Of a stretch of 64,000 nt of DNA, positions 29,104-40,799 are shown one piece after another. The position numbers and the translations under genes were made by a program. The stretch comes from Candidatus Auribacterota bacterium (lineage in GTDB: Bacteria; Auribacterota; Ancaeobacteria; Ancaeobacterales; Ancaeobacteraceae), in contig JAKLEM010000001.1 in the NCBI GenBank assembly GCA_022711655.1, forward strand, positions 33,727 through 97,726, in the 5' to 3' direction. How positions within the stretch are numbered: the stretch's first letter is position 1; each line of letters opens with the position of its first letter. The notes below the pieces were generated by a model that saw nothing but the letters and a program-made list of their open reading frames with translations, was not told the DNA's origin and ran no database searches.

Positions 29104-29262
29104 TCCTTTCATTATCGCCGGAGCAAAGGCGGGACGTGAAGGGAAGCGGGGGAACCCGGTTTTGATCCCTTGAGGATCTTGGGGCGAATATCTAGAAGCA
29201 TCTGCAGCGCGGCAGATAAGGGTTTGTTCAACCCGAGCCCGACAGCTAACCTCGTAAGCTCA
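29104..29262 (+). ncRNA. Candidate cyclic-di-AMP (ydaO/kimA-type) riboswitch
   Basis: It contains GCGGGGGAACCC, UUGGGGCGAAU, ACCCGAGCC and a 3' CUAACCUCGUAAGCU, matching ydaO-class hallmarks. It sits in the leader of a kdp operon, a known c-di-AMP riboswitch target. Confidence 0.55.
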
Positions 29263-29266
29263 TAGT

Positions 29267-29304
29267 GAGAGAATACACCAGGGGACGTGTTCTCTGGTTT
29301 TTTC
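29267..29304 (+). terminator. Intrinsic terminator (riboswitch expression platform)
   Basis: GAGAGAAUACAC-CAGGGGA-GUGUUCUCUGG followed by U6. Confidence 0.55.
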
Positions 29305-29411
29305 TTTTACCGGGATTTCACCTATGGACATTCTTATTGTTTGCGTGCTGCTCGTGCTGGTGTCCGTCACGGTCGCTTTTATCGTCATGTGCACAAAGGT
29401 GTGAGGTTGCT

Positions 29412-29504
29412 ATGGATGCGATCTATTGGATTGGCGGCATCATTGCCGTGCTTCTGCTGGTATATCTTTTGATCGCGCTGCTGAAACCGGAGCTGTTCTC
29501 ATGA
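29412..29504 (+). CDS. kdpF: K+-transporting ATPase subunit F
   Basis: 30 aa single-TM peptide [30 protein letters not shown], KdpF-like. The stop overlaps the kdpA ATG (ATGA). Confidence 0.6.
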   Translation: MDAIYWIGGIIAVLLLVYLLIALLKPELFS

Positions 29505-31231
29505 CGTGGAGCGCCATCATCCACATTATCGTCTATATTGCCGCGCTTCTCGTATTCGTGAAGCTGCTCGGCGCCTATATGGCGCGAGTGTACGAAGGGA
29601 GACCTTGCGGCATCGACACGTTTTTTGGCCCGATAGAGCGGATGATCTACCGTGCTGCCGGCATCGCCCCCGAGAGGGGAATGTCGTGGAAGGAATATGC
29701 CGTCGCCATGCTCCTTTTCAATATCGCCGGTATCGTTGTTGTCTATCTGCTGCAGCGTTTCCAGGGGATCCTGCCGGTGAATCCGCAGGCATTGCCGGCG
29801 GTCCCGCCGGATCTCGCGTTCAACACAGCCGTGAGCTTCGCGACGAATACGAACTGGCAGAGCTATGGCGGCGAGACGACGCTGAGCTATCTGACGCAGA
29901 TGCTCGGGCTGACGGTGCAGAACTTCGTTTCGGCGGCGACCGGCATGGCGGTGCTCGTCGCATTGATCCGGGGGTTCGCGCAGAAACAGATCGAAACGAT
30001 CGGGAACTTCTGGGCCGACCTGGTCAGGTCGACGCTGTATATCCTGATTCCCCTGGCGCTCATTCTGGCATGCGCCCTGGTCTCCCAGGGGGTTGTTCAG
30101 ACGTTTAAGCATAGCGAAAAGGTTGCGCTGCTTCAGGCAGGACATGGAATTACAGAACAAGTCCTGCCCCTCGGTCCTGCCGCGTCGCAGGTAGCCATCA
30201 AACAGCTCGGGACGAACGGGGGCGGCTTCTTTAACGTAAATTCGGCCCACCCATTCGAGAACCCGACACCGCTGTCAAACTTTATGGAGATGCTCGCGAT
30301 CCTGCTGATCCCCGCCGCGTTATGCTATACCTTCGGCGTTATGGTCCGCGACAAACGGCAGGGATGGGCGCTCCTGGCGGCGATGCTGATCATCATCGTG
30401 CCCTGCCTCTTTGTCTGTGCGGGTATCGAACAGAAGGGGAATCCGCTGCTGAACGGTCTCGGTGTCGACCAGCGTTGGAGCGCCGCGCAGCCGGGCGGGA
30501 ATATGGAGGGTAAAGAGGCGCGGTTCGGCATCGCCGGTTCCGCCGTCTGGGCGGTAGCGACGACCGCGGCGTCGAACGGGTCGGTCAACGCGATGCACGA
30601 TTCCTTCATGCCGCTCGGCGGACTGATCCCGTTGTGGCTGATGCAGCTGGGCGAGGTGATCTTTGGCGGCGTCGGCTCGGGGCTGTACGGCATGCTTGCC
30701 TTTGTGATCATTGCCGTATTCATTGCCGGGCTCATGATCGGACGCACGCCGGAGTATCTCGGGAAGAAGATCGAAGCCTATGAGATGAAGATGGCGTCCC
30801 TGATCATCCTTATTCCGCCGATACTGGTTCTCATCGGGACGGCCGTTGCGGTCGTTGTCCCGCAGGGGAAGGGGGCAGTACTCAACGCAGGGGCGCACGG
30901 GTTCAGCGAGATCCTGTATGCCTTCTCGTCGGCGGGGAACAATAACGGGAGCGCTTTTGCGGGGTTGGGCGCGAATAACTTCTTTTACAATATTGCTCTC
31001 GGATTAGCGATGTTCATTGCGCGGTATTGGCTGATCATACCGATCCTGGCGATCGCCGGGTCGTTGTCGCGTAAGAGGACGGTGCCGGTCAGCCAGGGGA
31101 CGCTGCCGACGCATACGCCGCTCTTCGTCCTGTTTGTGGTGATGGTGGTGCTGGTCGTCGGGGCCCTGACGTTCTTTCCGGCTCTGGCGCTGGGACCTAT
31201 AGTTGAACATTTAATGCTGTACGGACACTGA
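29501..31231 (+). CDS. kdpA: Potassium-transporting ATPase subunit A
   Basis: [11 protein letters not shown]-terminus and full-length KdpA similarity. The ORF-track N-terminal extension (TTG at 29426) was rejected. Confidence 0.9.
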   Translation: MTWSAIIHIIVYIAALLVFVKLLGAYMARVYEGRPCGIDTFFGPIERMIYRAAGIAPERGMSWKEYAVAMLLFNIAGIVVVYLLQRFQGILPVNPQALPAVPPDLAFNTAVSFATNTNWQSYGGETTLSYLTQMLGLTVQNFVSAATGMAVLVALIRGFAQKQIETIGNFWADLVRSTLYILIPLALILACALVSQGVVQTFKHSEKVALLQAGHGITEQVLPLGPAASQVAIKQLGTNGGGFFNVNSAHPFENPTPLSNFMEMLAILLIPAALCYTFGVMVRDKRQGWALLAAMLIIIVPCLFVCAGIEQKGNPLLNGLGVDQRWSAAQPGGNMEGKEARFGIAGSAVWAVATTAASNGSVNAMHDSFMPLGGLIPLWLMQLGEVIFGGVGSGLYGMLAFVIIAVFIAGLMIGRTPEYLGKKIEAYEMKMASLIILIPPILVLIGTAVAVVVPQGKGAVLNAGAHGFSEILYAFSSAGNNNGSAFAGLGANNFFYNIALGLAMFIARYWLIIPILAIAGSLSRKRTVPVSQGTLPTHTPLFVLFVVMVVLVVGALTFFPALALGPIVEHLMLYGH

Positions 31232-31234
31232 CGA

Positions 31235-33313
<2,079 letters not shown>

Positions 33314-33322
33314 GATAACAGT

Positions 33323-33913
33323 ATGTTCCGCGAACATATCAGACCGATGCTTGTCATATTCGCCATTCTTACGGTTATTACGGGGGTGCTCTACCCCTTG
33401 GCCGTTACCGGTGTTGCGCACTGTTTTTTCCGGGATCAGGGGAACGGCAGCCTTGTTGTCCGTGACGGAAGAGCGGTCGGGTCTCGACTGATCGGCCAGC
33501 AGTTCGACGATCCAAAATATTTCTGGGGCCGCCTTTCCGCAACGGCTCCGGTGCCATACAACGGTGCTTCGTCCGCCGGTTCGAATCTCGGTCCGATGAA
33601 TCCGGCGTTCATCGAGGCGGTGAAAGCGAGGATTGCGGCGCTGAAAGCGGCCGATCCCGAGAACACGGACCCTATTCCCGTCGATCTGGTCACCGCTTCG
33701 GGGAGCGGATTGGATCCGCATATCAGCGCGGCGGCTGCGCGCTATCAGGTCGGGCGCGTTGCCCGCGCAAGGGGGGTGTCCCCGGATATCGTTACGTCCC
33801 TTGTGCAGAAGCATACGGCCGGACGTTTTCTGGGCATCATCGGCGAGCCGATTGTCAACGTGTTAGGGTTGAACCTCGAATTGGATGGATACAAGAATAC
33901 AAAGACGGAATAG
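33323..33913 (+). CDS. kdpC: Potassium-transporting ATPase subunit C
   Basis: Single N-terminal TM; conserved KdpC core ([10 protein letters not shown]). Confidence 0.9.
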   Translation: MFREHIRPMLVIFAILTVITGVLYPLAVTGVAHCFFRDQGNGSLVVRDGRAVGSRLIGQQFDDPKYFWGRLSATAPVPYNGASSAGSNLGPMNPAFIEAVKARIAALKAADPENTDPIPVDLVTASGSGLDPHISAAAARYQVGRVARARGVSPDIVTSLVQKHTAGRFLGIIGEPIVNVLGLNLELDGYKNTKTE

Positions 33914-33930
33914 GGTATAATGGGAATACT

Positions 33931-35904
33931 ATGGAACGACCAAATCCTGACGAACTGCTTGCACAGATAAAGGCCGAAGACACAGCGCGCGGCAGGCTGA
34001 AGATCTTTTTCGGCGCCGTCGCGGGAGTCGGCAAGACCTACACGATGCTGGAAGCGGCCCGGAGCCGTAAGAAAGAGGGCATCGATATCGTCGTCGGCTA
34101 TGTCGAGACGCATAAGCGCGCCGAGACGGAGGCGCTGCTCGACGGATTGGAGATACTTCCCTCCAAGCCGATCGCCTACAAGAACGTGACGTTGCGCGAA
34201 TTCGACGTCGATGCGGCGATCGCGCGCAAGCCGAAGATCATACTGGTCGACGAGATGGCGCATTCAAACGCCCCCGGCTCGAGGCACCTCAAGCGTTGGC
34301 AGGACATCGAGGAGTTGCTCGATAACGGGATCGACGTCTATACGACGCTCAACGTCCAGCACTGCGAGAGCGCGAACGACGTGGTGGCGCAGATCACCGG
34401 CGTACGCGTCCGCGAAACGATCCCCGATACCTGCATCGAACGGGCGAACGAGCTGGAGCTCGTGGATCTGCCAAGCGAAGAACTGCTCAAACGGTTGAAG
34501 GAAGGAAAGGTCTATCTCGGCGAACAGGCAGAACGCGCGGCGCAGAACTTCTTCCAGCCCGGCAACCTGATAGCCCTGCGGCAGCTCGCGCTGCGCTATA
34601 CGGCGCATAACGTCGACGCCAAGATGCTGTCCTACAAGCAGGCGCACGCAATCTCGAGAGTGTGGAACGTCCGCGACCGCTTTCTCGTGTGCGTCAGCCC
34701 CAACCCGAACGCCGTCCGGCTGATCAGGGCGGGGAAGCGGATCGCTTCCGACCTCGGGGCCGAATGGACCGTCGTCTTTGTCGAGACGCCCTCCGGCCTC
34801 CGGCCCGGTGACCGGAACAGGGTGTCGGACATGCTCCGGTTCGCCGAGACGCTCGGCGCGCGGTCGGCGACACTGAGCGGGCAGGATGTGGCCGAGACGC
34901 TGGTCTCGTATGCGCGCGAGAAGAATGTCACCAAGATCATCGCGGGGAAACCCGGGAAACGGCGCTGGCAGGAGTTCCTTTTCGGATCGTTGATCGACAA
35001 GCTTGCGCATCGCTGCGGCGATATCGACCTTTATCTGTTGAGCGGGGAAGCCGAGACGGAACAGGTGATCCTGCGGCACGCGCCTGTCGACCGGTTCTCA
35101 TGGAAAAACCTGGGCTGGTCGCTCGGCATCGTTACCCTCTGCGCCGCGATCGGCCATGCCTTGTTCCCGTATCTGGCGCCGGTCAACCTGATCATGCCGT
35201 ATCTTCTTGGGACTGCCTGGATCGCGTCCCGGTACGGGCGCAGAATGTCGATCATCACGTCATTCCTGAGCGTCCTCTGTTTCGATTTCTTTTTCGTCCC
35301 GCCGTATTACCGGCTGACGGTGGCGAACGTCGAGTATGTCTTCACCTTCGTTGTCATGCTCGTGGTCGGCTTCACGATCGCGCACCTGACCGGCCAGCTC
35401 AAACGGCAGACGCTCGCCATGCGCCTGCGCGAAGACCGGACGCAGGCGCTGTACGCTCTCAGCCGTAATCTGTCCGAGAGTTCCTATCCGGACGATCTGT
35501 TCAAGATCGCGAGGACGCACATCGTCGAGGTCTTCAAATGCCGAGCGGTCATCCTGGCCCCGGATGCGGGAGGTAAACTGCAGATCAGGTTCGGCGAGAC
35601 CGGGCATGGCGCGCCCACGGAAAGCGAGATCGCCGTCGCGCAATGGGCATACGAGCATAAGAGGCCGGCCGGTAAGGGGACCGATACGTTGCCCGGATCC
35701 AAGGGTGTCTATCTGCCGTGTGCCGGCGCCGAGAAGGTGGTTGGCGTCGTCGGGGTCTTTCCGGAAACGGATGAACAATTCGAAGACCCCGACCAGTATC
35801 ATCTTCTCGAAATATTCGTCAGACAGGCGGCTTTGGCCGTCGAAGGCGCGCAGCTCGCCGCCTCGGCGCTCGAGGCGCAGTCCAAGATAGTCAGCCGCAC
35901 ATGA
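33931..35904 (+). CDS. kdpD: KdpD sensor protein, N-terminal/USP/TM/GAF portion only (no histidine kinase domain)
   Basis: KdpD-N Walker-A-like GVGKTY motif, a USP-like segment, a four-helix TM block and a GAF-like C-terminus. It ends at 657 aa with no HisKA/HATPase_c. No kdpE is nearby. A tRNA and the convergent rpoN follow. Confidence 0.8.
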   Translation: MERPNPDELLAQIKAEDTARGRLKIFFGAVAGVGKTYTMLEAARSRKKEGIDIVVGYVETHKRAETEALLDGLEILPSKPIAYKNVTLREFDVDAAIARKPKIILVDEMAHSNAPGSRHLKRWQDIEELLDNGIDVYTTLNVQHCESANDVVAQITGVRVRETIPDTCIERANELELVDLPSEELLKRLKEGKVYLGEQAERAAQNFFQPGNLIALRQLALRYTAHNVDAKMLSYKQAHAISRVWNVRDRFLVCVSPNPNAVRLIRAGKRIASDLGAEWTVVFVETPSGLRPGDRNRVSDMLRFAETLGARSATLSGQDVAETLVSYAREKNVTKIIAGKPGKRRWQEFLFGSLIDKLAHRCGDIDLYLLSGEAETEQVILRHAPVDRFSWKNLGWSLGIVTLCAAIGHALFPYLAPVNLIMPYLLGTAWIASRYGRRMSIITSFLSVLCFDFFFVPPYYRLTVANVEYVFTFVVMLVVGFTIAHLTGQLKRQTLAMRLREDRTQALYALSRNLSESSYPDDLFKIARTHIVEVFKCRAVILAPDAGGKLQIRFGETGHGAPTESEIAVAQWAYEHKRPAGKGTDTLPGSKGVYLPCAGAEKVVGVVGVFPETDEQFEDPDQYHLLEIFVRQAALAVEGAQLAASALEAQSKIVSRT

Positions 35905-36087
35905 ATCTTTTGTTGCGGGGCAGACGGATTTGGGTATAATACACCCCATTGCAGGACTTATGAAATACGTTTGTCTTCTGCTGCCGGTGGGTGGACATCA
36001 TTTGTACACCGGGCACACGCAGGCGAACGGCCGGGAAGAATAAGTAACAGATATCGGATTCAAGACCAATAGGTTAAGAGATATATC

Positions 36088-36160
36088 GCTGGTGTAGCTC
36101 AGTCGGTAGAGCAGCGGTTTCGTAAACCGCAGGTCGTCGGTTCAAGTCCGACCACCAGCT
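36088..36160 (+). tRNA. tRNA-Thr (anticodon CGU)
   Basis: Cloverleaf: acceptor GCTGGTG/CACCAGC, D-arm GCTC..GAGC, anticodon stem GCGGT/ACCGC with loop TTCGTAA, T-arm GTCGG-TTCAAGT-CCGAC. CCA is not encoded. Confidence 0.8.
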
Positions 36161-36359
36161 TGATTTTGCTGAAAAAGGCCGGTCTGCTGCGTTGCGTACG
36201 GCGCATCCTCGTCAACGTATTAATCTATACGTTTCCTCGGATGCTTGTACGCGCCTTGCATACCGGCCTTTTTGAGAAGAATTAGTGCCAGGCTTCTTGT
36301 TTTGTACGTTTTCACGGGAGCGGGCGTGCGTCGCGCAGGTTGATGGTTCCGGGATCGTA

Positions 36360-36396
36360 CGAGCGTTTAGAACGGTTGAAGCATGCGCTTCAGCCG
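36360..36396 (+). terminator. Intrinsic terminator downstream of tRNA-Thr (also a 3' hairpin for the convergent rpoN)
   Basis: GAACGGTTGAAGC-ATGC-GCTTCAGCCGTTC followed by T7. Confidence 0.5.
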
Positions 36397-36414
36397 TTCT
36401 TTTTTTCTGCGGCG

Positions 36415-37839
36415 TTATTTCGACTTGCGCAGGTGCGATGGGGGGATGTTGAGCTCGGAGCGGTATTTGGCGATCGTGCGGCGGGCGATGCTGACGCCTT
36501 CCTGCGTCAGCAGGCGGATGATCTGCTGGTCGCTCAACGGGTGCCGCGGGTCCTCGCCCTTGACCAGCTCCTCTATCCGGTTCTTGACGTTCGTCGACGA
36601 GACGTCCTCTCCGGAACTCGTCTCGATGCCCCGCGAAAAGAAGAATTTCATCTGGAAGAGCCCTTGCGGCGTTTCCATGTACTTGTTGGCGATCGCGCGG
36701 CTGACCGTCGACTCGTGGATGCCGATGCGGTCGGCGACCTCTTTCATCGTCAGCGGCTTGAGGTGGTTGATGCCGTTGTCGAGAAAATCGTTCTGGGTCG
36801 CTACGATCTCCGTCGCGATGTTGTAGACCGTCTGCTGCCGCTGCTGGATGTTCTTGATGAACCACATGCCGCCCTTGACCTTCTCTTTGACATACTCGCG
36901 CGTTTCGGATGCGGCGTCCTGCTGGTTCATCAGGTTCCGGTAGACTTTGTTGATGCGCAAATGCGGTATGCGGTCGTCGTTCAGAATGACGATATAGGCG
37001 TTGTTGAACTTCTTGACGATGACGTCGGGTATGACGTACTGCGTCCGGTCCTCGCCGAACATGCGCCCGGGACGCGGCTCGAGGCGGGCGATGAACTCCG
37101 CGGCCTGCTGGACGTCGCTGGGGAGAGCGTCAATCTCTTTTGCTATCTGCTGATACTGTTTGTGGGCGAGCTCGTCGAGGTGGCCGCGTATGATCGACCG
37201 GACGACCGGCGTCGCGCCGCCGAGCCGCTCCGCCTGTATGATAAGGCAGTCGGTCAGGTCGCGGGCGCCGACGCCTACCGGGTGGAATGTCTGGATGATC
37301 TTCCTGATCGCGGCGACGCGCTCGGGTGTGGTTTGCGTTTCCTGCGCAAGCTCTTCGTCTGACGGAGGCAGATACCCGTTCTCGTCCAGGCTGCCGACAA
37401 TGGCTTCCCCGATGCGGCGGTCCTCGTCGCCGAGATCGTGCACCGCGAGCTGCTTCTCGATGTGTTCCTGCAGTGTTTCGTCGCGGGTGATGGAGTTCTC
37501 GATGTAGCGGCGCTTTTCCTCATCCTCGTCGCTTGTGCGCTTGACCGAGGAGGTTTGCTTGAAATACTCTTTCCACTCGTCGTCCATTTCGGCAAGCTTG
37601 TCGAACTCTTCCTTGAACCCCTGTTCGTCATCGAGTTCTTCGGGCGTCTTGAGGTAGTCTTCGCGCTCCTCGGGAGCATCGATGTCTTCCTCGAGCAGGG
37701 GGTTGGTGTTCATCTCCTGCTGAGCCTCCATCATCAGCTCGGCGAGCGGTATCTGCAGGAGGTGTATCGCCTGCTGCATCTGCGGCGACAGGATCAGCTT
37801 CTGCATCTGCTTCTGGATCTGTTCAAGCTTATAGGCCAT
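36415..37839 (-). CDS. rpoN: RNA polymerase sigma-54 factor
   Basis: N-terminal MAYKLEQIQKQMQKLILSPQMQQAI region I. The C-terminal RpoN box (ARRTIAKYR) and an HTH. Start re-derived at 37839. Confidence 0.9.
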   Translation of the reverse strand: MAYKLEQIQKQMQKLILSPQMQQAIHLLQIPLAELMMEAQQEMNTNPLLEEDIDAPEEREDYLKTPEELDDEQGFKEEFDKLAEMDDEWKEYFKQTSSVKRTSDEDEEKRRYIENSITRDETLQEHIEKQLAVHDLGDEDRRIGEAIVGSLDENGYLPPSDEELAQETQTTPERVAAIRKIIQTFHPVGVGARDLTDCLIIQAERLGGATPVVRSIIRGHLDELAHKQYQQIAKEIDALPSDVQQAAEFIARLEPRPGRMFGEDRTQYVIPDVIVKKFNNAYIVILNDDRIPHLRINKVYRNLMNQQDAASETREYVKEKVKGGMWFIKNIQQRQQTVYNIATEIVATQNDFLDNGINHLKPLTMKEVADRIGIHESTVSRAIANKYMETPQGLFQMKFFFSRGIETSSGEDVSSTNVKNRIEELVKGEDPRHPLSDQQIIRLLTQEGVSIARRTIAKYRSELNIPPSHLRKSK

Positions 37840-37993
37840 GATTACTATCCTCATGTGAATCATAGCATAATTCGTGCCGACTTGGAAGACGAATTGGGGG
37901 TGAAACGCGCTCATGGAGTATTTATTGCGGCAAGAAGATCTCAGAGAGGGATTTCAGATGTGTGTGACGGCCGATTTTGATATCATCTTCCAA

Positions 37994-38947
37994 ATGAAAC
38001 GGCTGATTCTGTCCAATCTCTTCCTGATAGGCTTGTTTACGGCTCTCCATGCCGGGGTGTACCTGCCGCACGGGGCGCTGGGGTTCGAACCGTTCAACAG
38101 GTATATCGACTTGCCGTCCGCGCAGACTGCCGTCGAGTATGTCCTGCCGCGGGCTATGCCGTACACGATGAAGTATGTCACGGGGCCGCATGTCGCCGAT
38201 GCGGATATGCGGTTCAGGATAAACGACAGGCAAGTCATCGGAGTGGAATCGGTGGTGCGAGGCGACCATAAGACCTTCCGCTGCGATATCGCGGAGGATT
38301 ATTTTATGCCCGGCCCCAATCGCATCGAGTTCGTCAAGGGCGCTCCAGAGCCGGCCGACGCCGTGAACAAGTTCACCCTGCGGAACTTCAAGAAGAACGT
38401 TTTTGATCTGAATATCTTCCTGATCGACAAGCCGCGCGCAGGGTATCTGTCTCTGCTGCAGGAAGGTGCGATACCGGCGGCGATCGGACAGCTGGCGGTC
38501 TATGGCGCGCTTTTCGTGCTCGTCGCCGTCATCGGCGACGCCGTGTTGCTTAAGATCTGTTCGCTGGAGGCGAGGCGGCTGGCGCGCTATGACATGTGGT
38601 GCAATGCGGCGCTCGTGATCGTCGGCGCCCTTTATGTGCTGTCGCAGGTCGTCCTGCCGTTCTACGTCGTCGCGGTGCCTTTGTACAAGATTTTCTCGGT
38701 GTTTGTCATCCTGCAGACGGCGAAATGGGCCGGAGTGCTGTCCTGTTTCTATCGCGGCGGATGGGCCGACCGGCTGTATGCCGTTTTTCTTGCCCTTTTT
38801 GCCGGTTTTGTGATGCTGCTCCTGACAGACATGGAACAGTTCGCTCGCCCGCTCGCGGACGCCGCGTATCTGTTCTTGGCGGCTGCTGTGGGATGGATGA
38901 CCGTCAGGGCGGTGCGTGAGACGGCTGCGCGGAAGATGGCTGTATGA
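37994..38947 (+). CDS. Integral membrane protein of unknown function
   Basis: Multiple predicted TM helices with no recognisable family motifs; first gene of the polysaccharide locus. Confidence 0.4.
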   Translation: MKRLILSNLFLIGLFTALHAGVYLPHGALGFEPFNRYIDLPSAQTAVEYVLPRAMPYTMKYVTGPHVADADMRFRINDRQVIGVESVVRGDHKTFRCDIAEDYFMPGPNRIEFVKGAPEPADAVNKFTLRNFKKNVFDLNIFLIDKPRAGYLSLLQEGAIPAAIGQLAVYGALFVLVAVIGDAVLLKICSLEARRLARYDMWCNAALVIVGALYVLSQVVLPFYVVAVPLYKIFSVFVILQTAKWAGVLSCFYRGGWADRLYAVFLALFAGFVMLLLTDMEQFARPLADAAYLFLAAAVGWMTVRAVRETAARKMAV

Positions 38948-40752
38948 AAAAAACAGGCGTATTCATCCTTCTGGCGCTCCTCTTTACCTCCGGAACTTGT
39001 CTCCTGTTCCTGCCGGTGATCGGGTTTTTCACGACAAAGCTGCATGGCTTTCCCGGTGATCCCTTCTTCTCGACATGGTTTACCTGGTGGTTCGACTACA
39101 GCCGTGCCCACGGCATTGAATGGCGGCTGCCGTCGTTACTGGCGCATCCGTACGGGCTGGACTACAGATCTTCGCCGCTTTACATTGCACGGACCTACTC
39201 ATTATGGGCGGTCACGCGCGTGCTCGGCGAGATAGGGGCGTACAACTTGCTGGTTTTCCTATCCTTTCCTCTGGCCGGCCTTACGATGTACCTTCTGGCG
39301 TATCGCGTGACTCGCAACCGTTACGCGGCCGCGCTGAGCGGGGTCATGTATGCCTTCTGCCCGTACCACATCGCCCATTCGTACCAGCACCTCTCGCTCG
39401 CCGATATACAGTGGTTCCCTCTCTACCTCTACGGCCTGTTCCGCCTCTACGAGAAGATCGATCTGCGGGGGATCCTGGTGACGGCGGCCGCATTTTTCCT
39501 GATATTCTGCGCGGATTTCTATTACGTCTATTTCGCACTTTTTATGACGGCCGTATTCGTCATGTTTGACGCGGTGAAGAACGGCGTTCCCGCCGCAGCG
39601 CGCCGGGGCGCCGCGATTGGCTGCGCGCTTTTGCTCGCGGGAGCCGCGATCTTGCCGGTGAACATTTCTGTGCTGCGCGGCATGTTCGGCGGCGGACAGG
39701 GAGGCGGTGTGGTTGACAGCCGGTTCCAGCGTTCCCTTCTCGACCTGACGGTGTTTTCTGCCAAGCCGCTCGATTACCTGCTGCCGTCAAAATACCATCC
39801 AGTCCTGGGACGGTTTGTCCCCAATATGGGTATCGGCCCTTGGAAGGGACACCGCTTTGCCGAGCATACGCTGTACGCGGGGGTCGTGCCCGTCGCGCTG
39901 GCGTGCATCATGATCGTCGCCCTCATCAGGCGTGGCGTTATCGTGTCGCGCCGGACGAGGTTCTTTTTCTCGTTCGCCGCGGTGCTGGCAGTGTGCGCCG
40001 GCCTCTGCTCGCTGCCGCCCGTCATACCGCTGGGTGGCTATACGATCGATGCGGCGGCCAGGGAGATCCGTGCCGCGCACATGGCGTACATGCCGTCGTA
40101 CTATCTTTATAAGCTTGTCCCGTTTTTCCGGTGTTACGCCCGTTTCGGCATTCTGGTCATGCTGGGGGTCGCGATCCTGGCTGCGGGCGGCTTCGCTCAG
40201 CTTGTCGGCCGCCTGCGCGGCGGGTTGCCGCGGACTGCGGCCACCGCTCTGACCGTGATGGCTGTTTTCTTTGAATTCCTCACCGTCCCTCCCGTGCGCG
40301 CGGTCGACTCGTCGGCCGTGCCGCCGGCGTATCTCTGGCTGAAGGGGCAGGCGGGCGGTGCGGCCATAGCAGAGTACCCGCTCGGCGACGGCGTCGATCC
40401 TTATACCGTTCAGGAATACCAGTTCTGGCAGCGCGTGCACGGCAGGAAGATGGTGAACGGCGCGGTGCCGGGGACGCCGGCATACGGGTTCCACGACAGG
40501 GTGGTCGATATCACCGCTCCGGGCGTTGTCGGCGAACTCCGCGATGCGGGGGTCGGTTTCGTTGTGGTGCACGAGGGCAAATACCGCTCGGGCAACGACT
40601 ATCTCCAGCTGGATTGGGTCACTGCGCTTCCCCGAGATAAGCGCTTTTCCCCGTGCTATATGAACGGGAAAGCGCCGCGTTTGGGGAAAGAGCACGGCGT
40701 GACGCAGGTGCGGCGGTTCGGCGATACGGTGATATACCGGGTCGACCGGTGA
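38944..40752 (+). CDS. Large polytopic membrane protein, possible GT-C-type glycosyltransferase
   Basis: ~11 TM N-terminal domain plus a C-terminal soluble domain. The architecture resembles YfhO/GT-C enzymes; the assignment is tentative. Confidence 0.35.
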   Translation: MKKTGVFILLALLFTSGTCLLFLPVIGFFTTKLHGFPGDPFFSTWFTWWFDYSRAHGIEWRLPSLLAHPYGLDYRSSPLYIARTYSLWAVTRVLGEIGAYNLLVFLSFPLAGLTMYLLAYRVTRNRYAAALSGVMYAFCPYHIAHSYQHLSLADIQWFPLYLYGLFRLYEKIDLRGILVTAAAFFLIFCADFYYVYFALFMTAVFVMFDAVKNGVPAAARRGAAIGCALLLAGAAILPVNISVLRGMFGGGQGGGVVDSRFQRSLLDLTVFSAKPLDYLLPSKYHPVLGRFVPNMGIGPWKGHRFAEHTLYAGVVPVALACIMIVALIRRGVIVSRRTRFFFSFAAVLAVCAGLCSLPPVIPLGGYTIDAAAREIRAAHMAYMPSYYLYKLVPFFRCYARFGILVMLGVAILAAGGFAQLVGRLRGGLPRTAATALTVMAVFFEFLTVPPVRAVDSSAVPPAYLWLKGQAGGAAIAEYPLGDGVDPYTVQEYQFWQRVHGRKMVNGAVPGTPAYGFHDRVVDITAPGVVGELRDAGVGFVVVHEGKYRSGNDYLQLDWVTALPRDKRFSPCYMNGKAPRLGKEHGVTQVRRFGDTVIYRVDR

Positions 40753-40799
40753 GACGGGCAGCGGCGTTTTTACGCACAGACGCGCGGAAGGGTTGAGCT

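Noticed and set aside
26512-29112. 866 aa minus-strand ORF antisense to the TPR protein and phoA
   Set aside because: It lies antisense to two genes with unambiguous family motifs (TPR repeats; the alkaline phosphatase active site). Its translation is Arg/Leu-rich low complexity, typical of stop-free antisense frames in high-GC DNA.
29426-29500. N-terminal extension of the kdpA ORF (TTG start at 29426)
   Set aside because: The extension overlaps kdpF in another frame. The conserved KdpA N-terminus begins at MTWSAIIH (ATG 29501), which overlaps the kdpF stop in the usual ATGA coupling.
35905-36087. 25-codon ORF (MKYVCLLLPVGGHHLYTGHTQANGREE) after a TATAAT-like box between kdpD and tRNA-Thr
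   Set aside because: No SD, no conservation signal, and the tRNA promoter probably lies here. It is most likely chance in an intergenic region.
36340-37362. 340 aa plus-strand ORF (and 36212-36865 minus-frame ORF)
   Set aside because: They overlap rpoN, which is clearly encoded on the minus strand (region I, RpoN box). No motifs.
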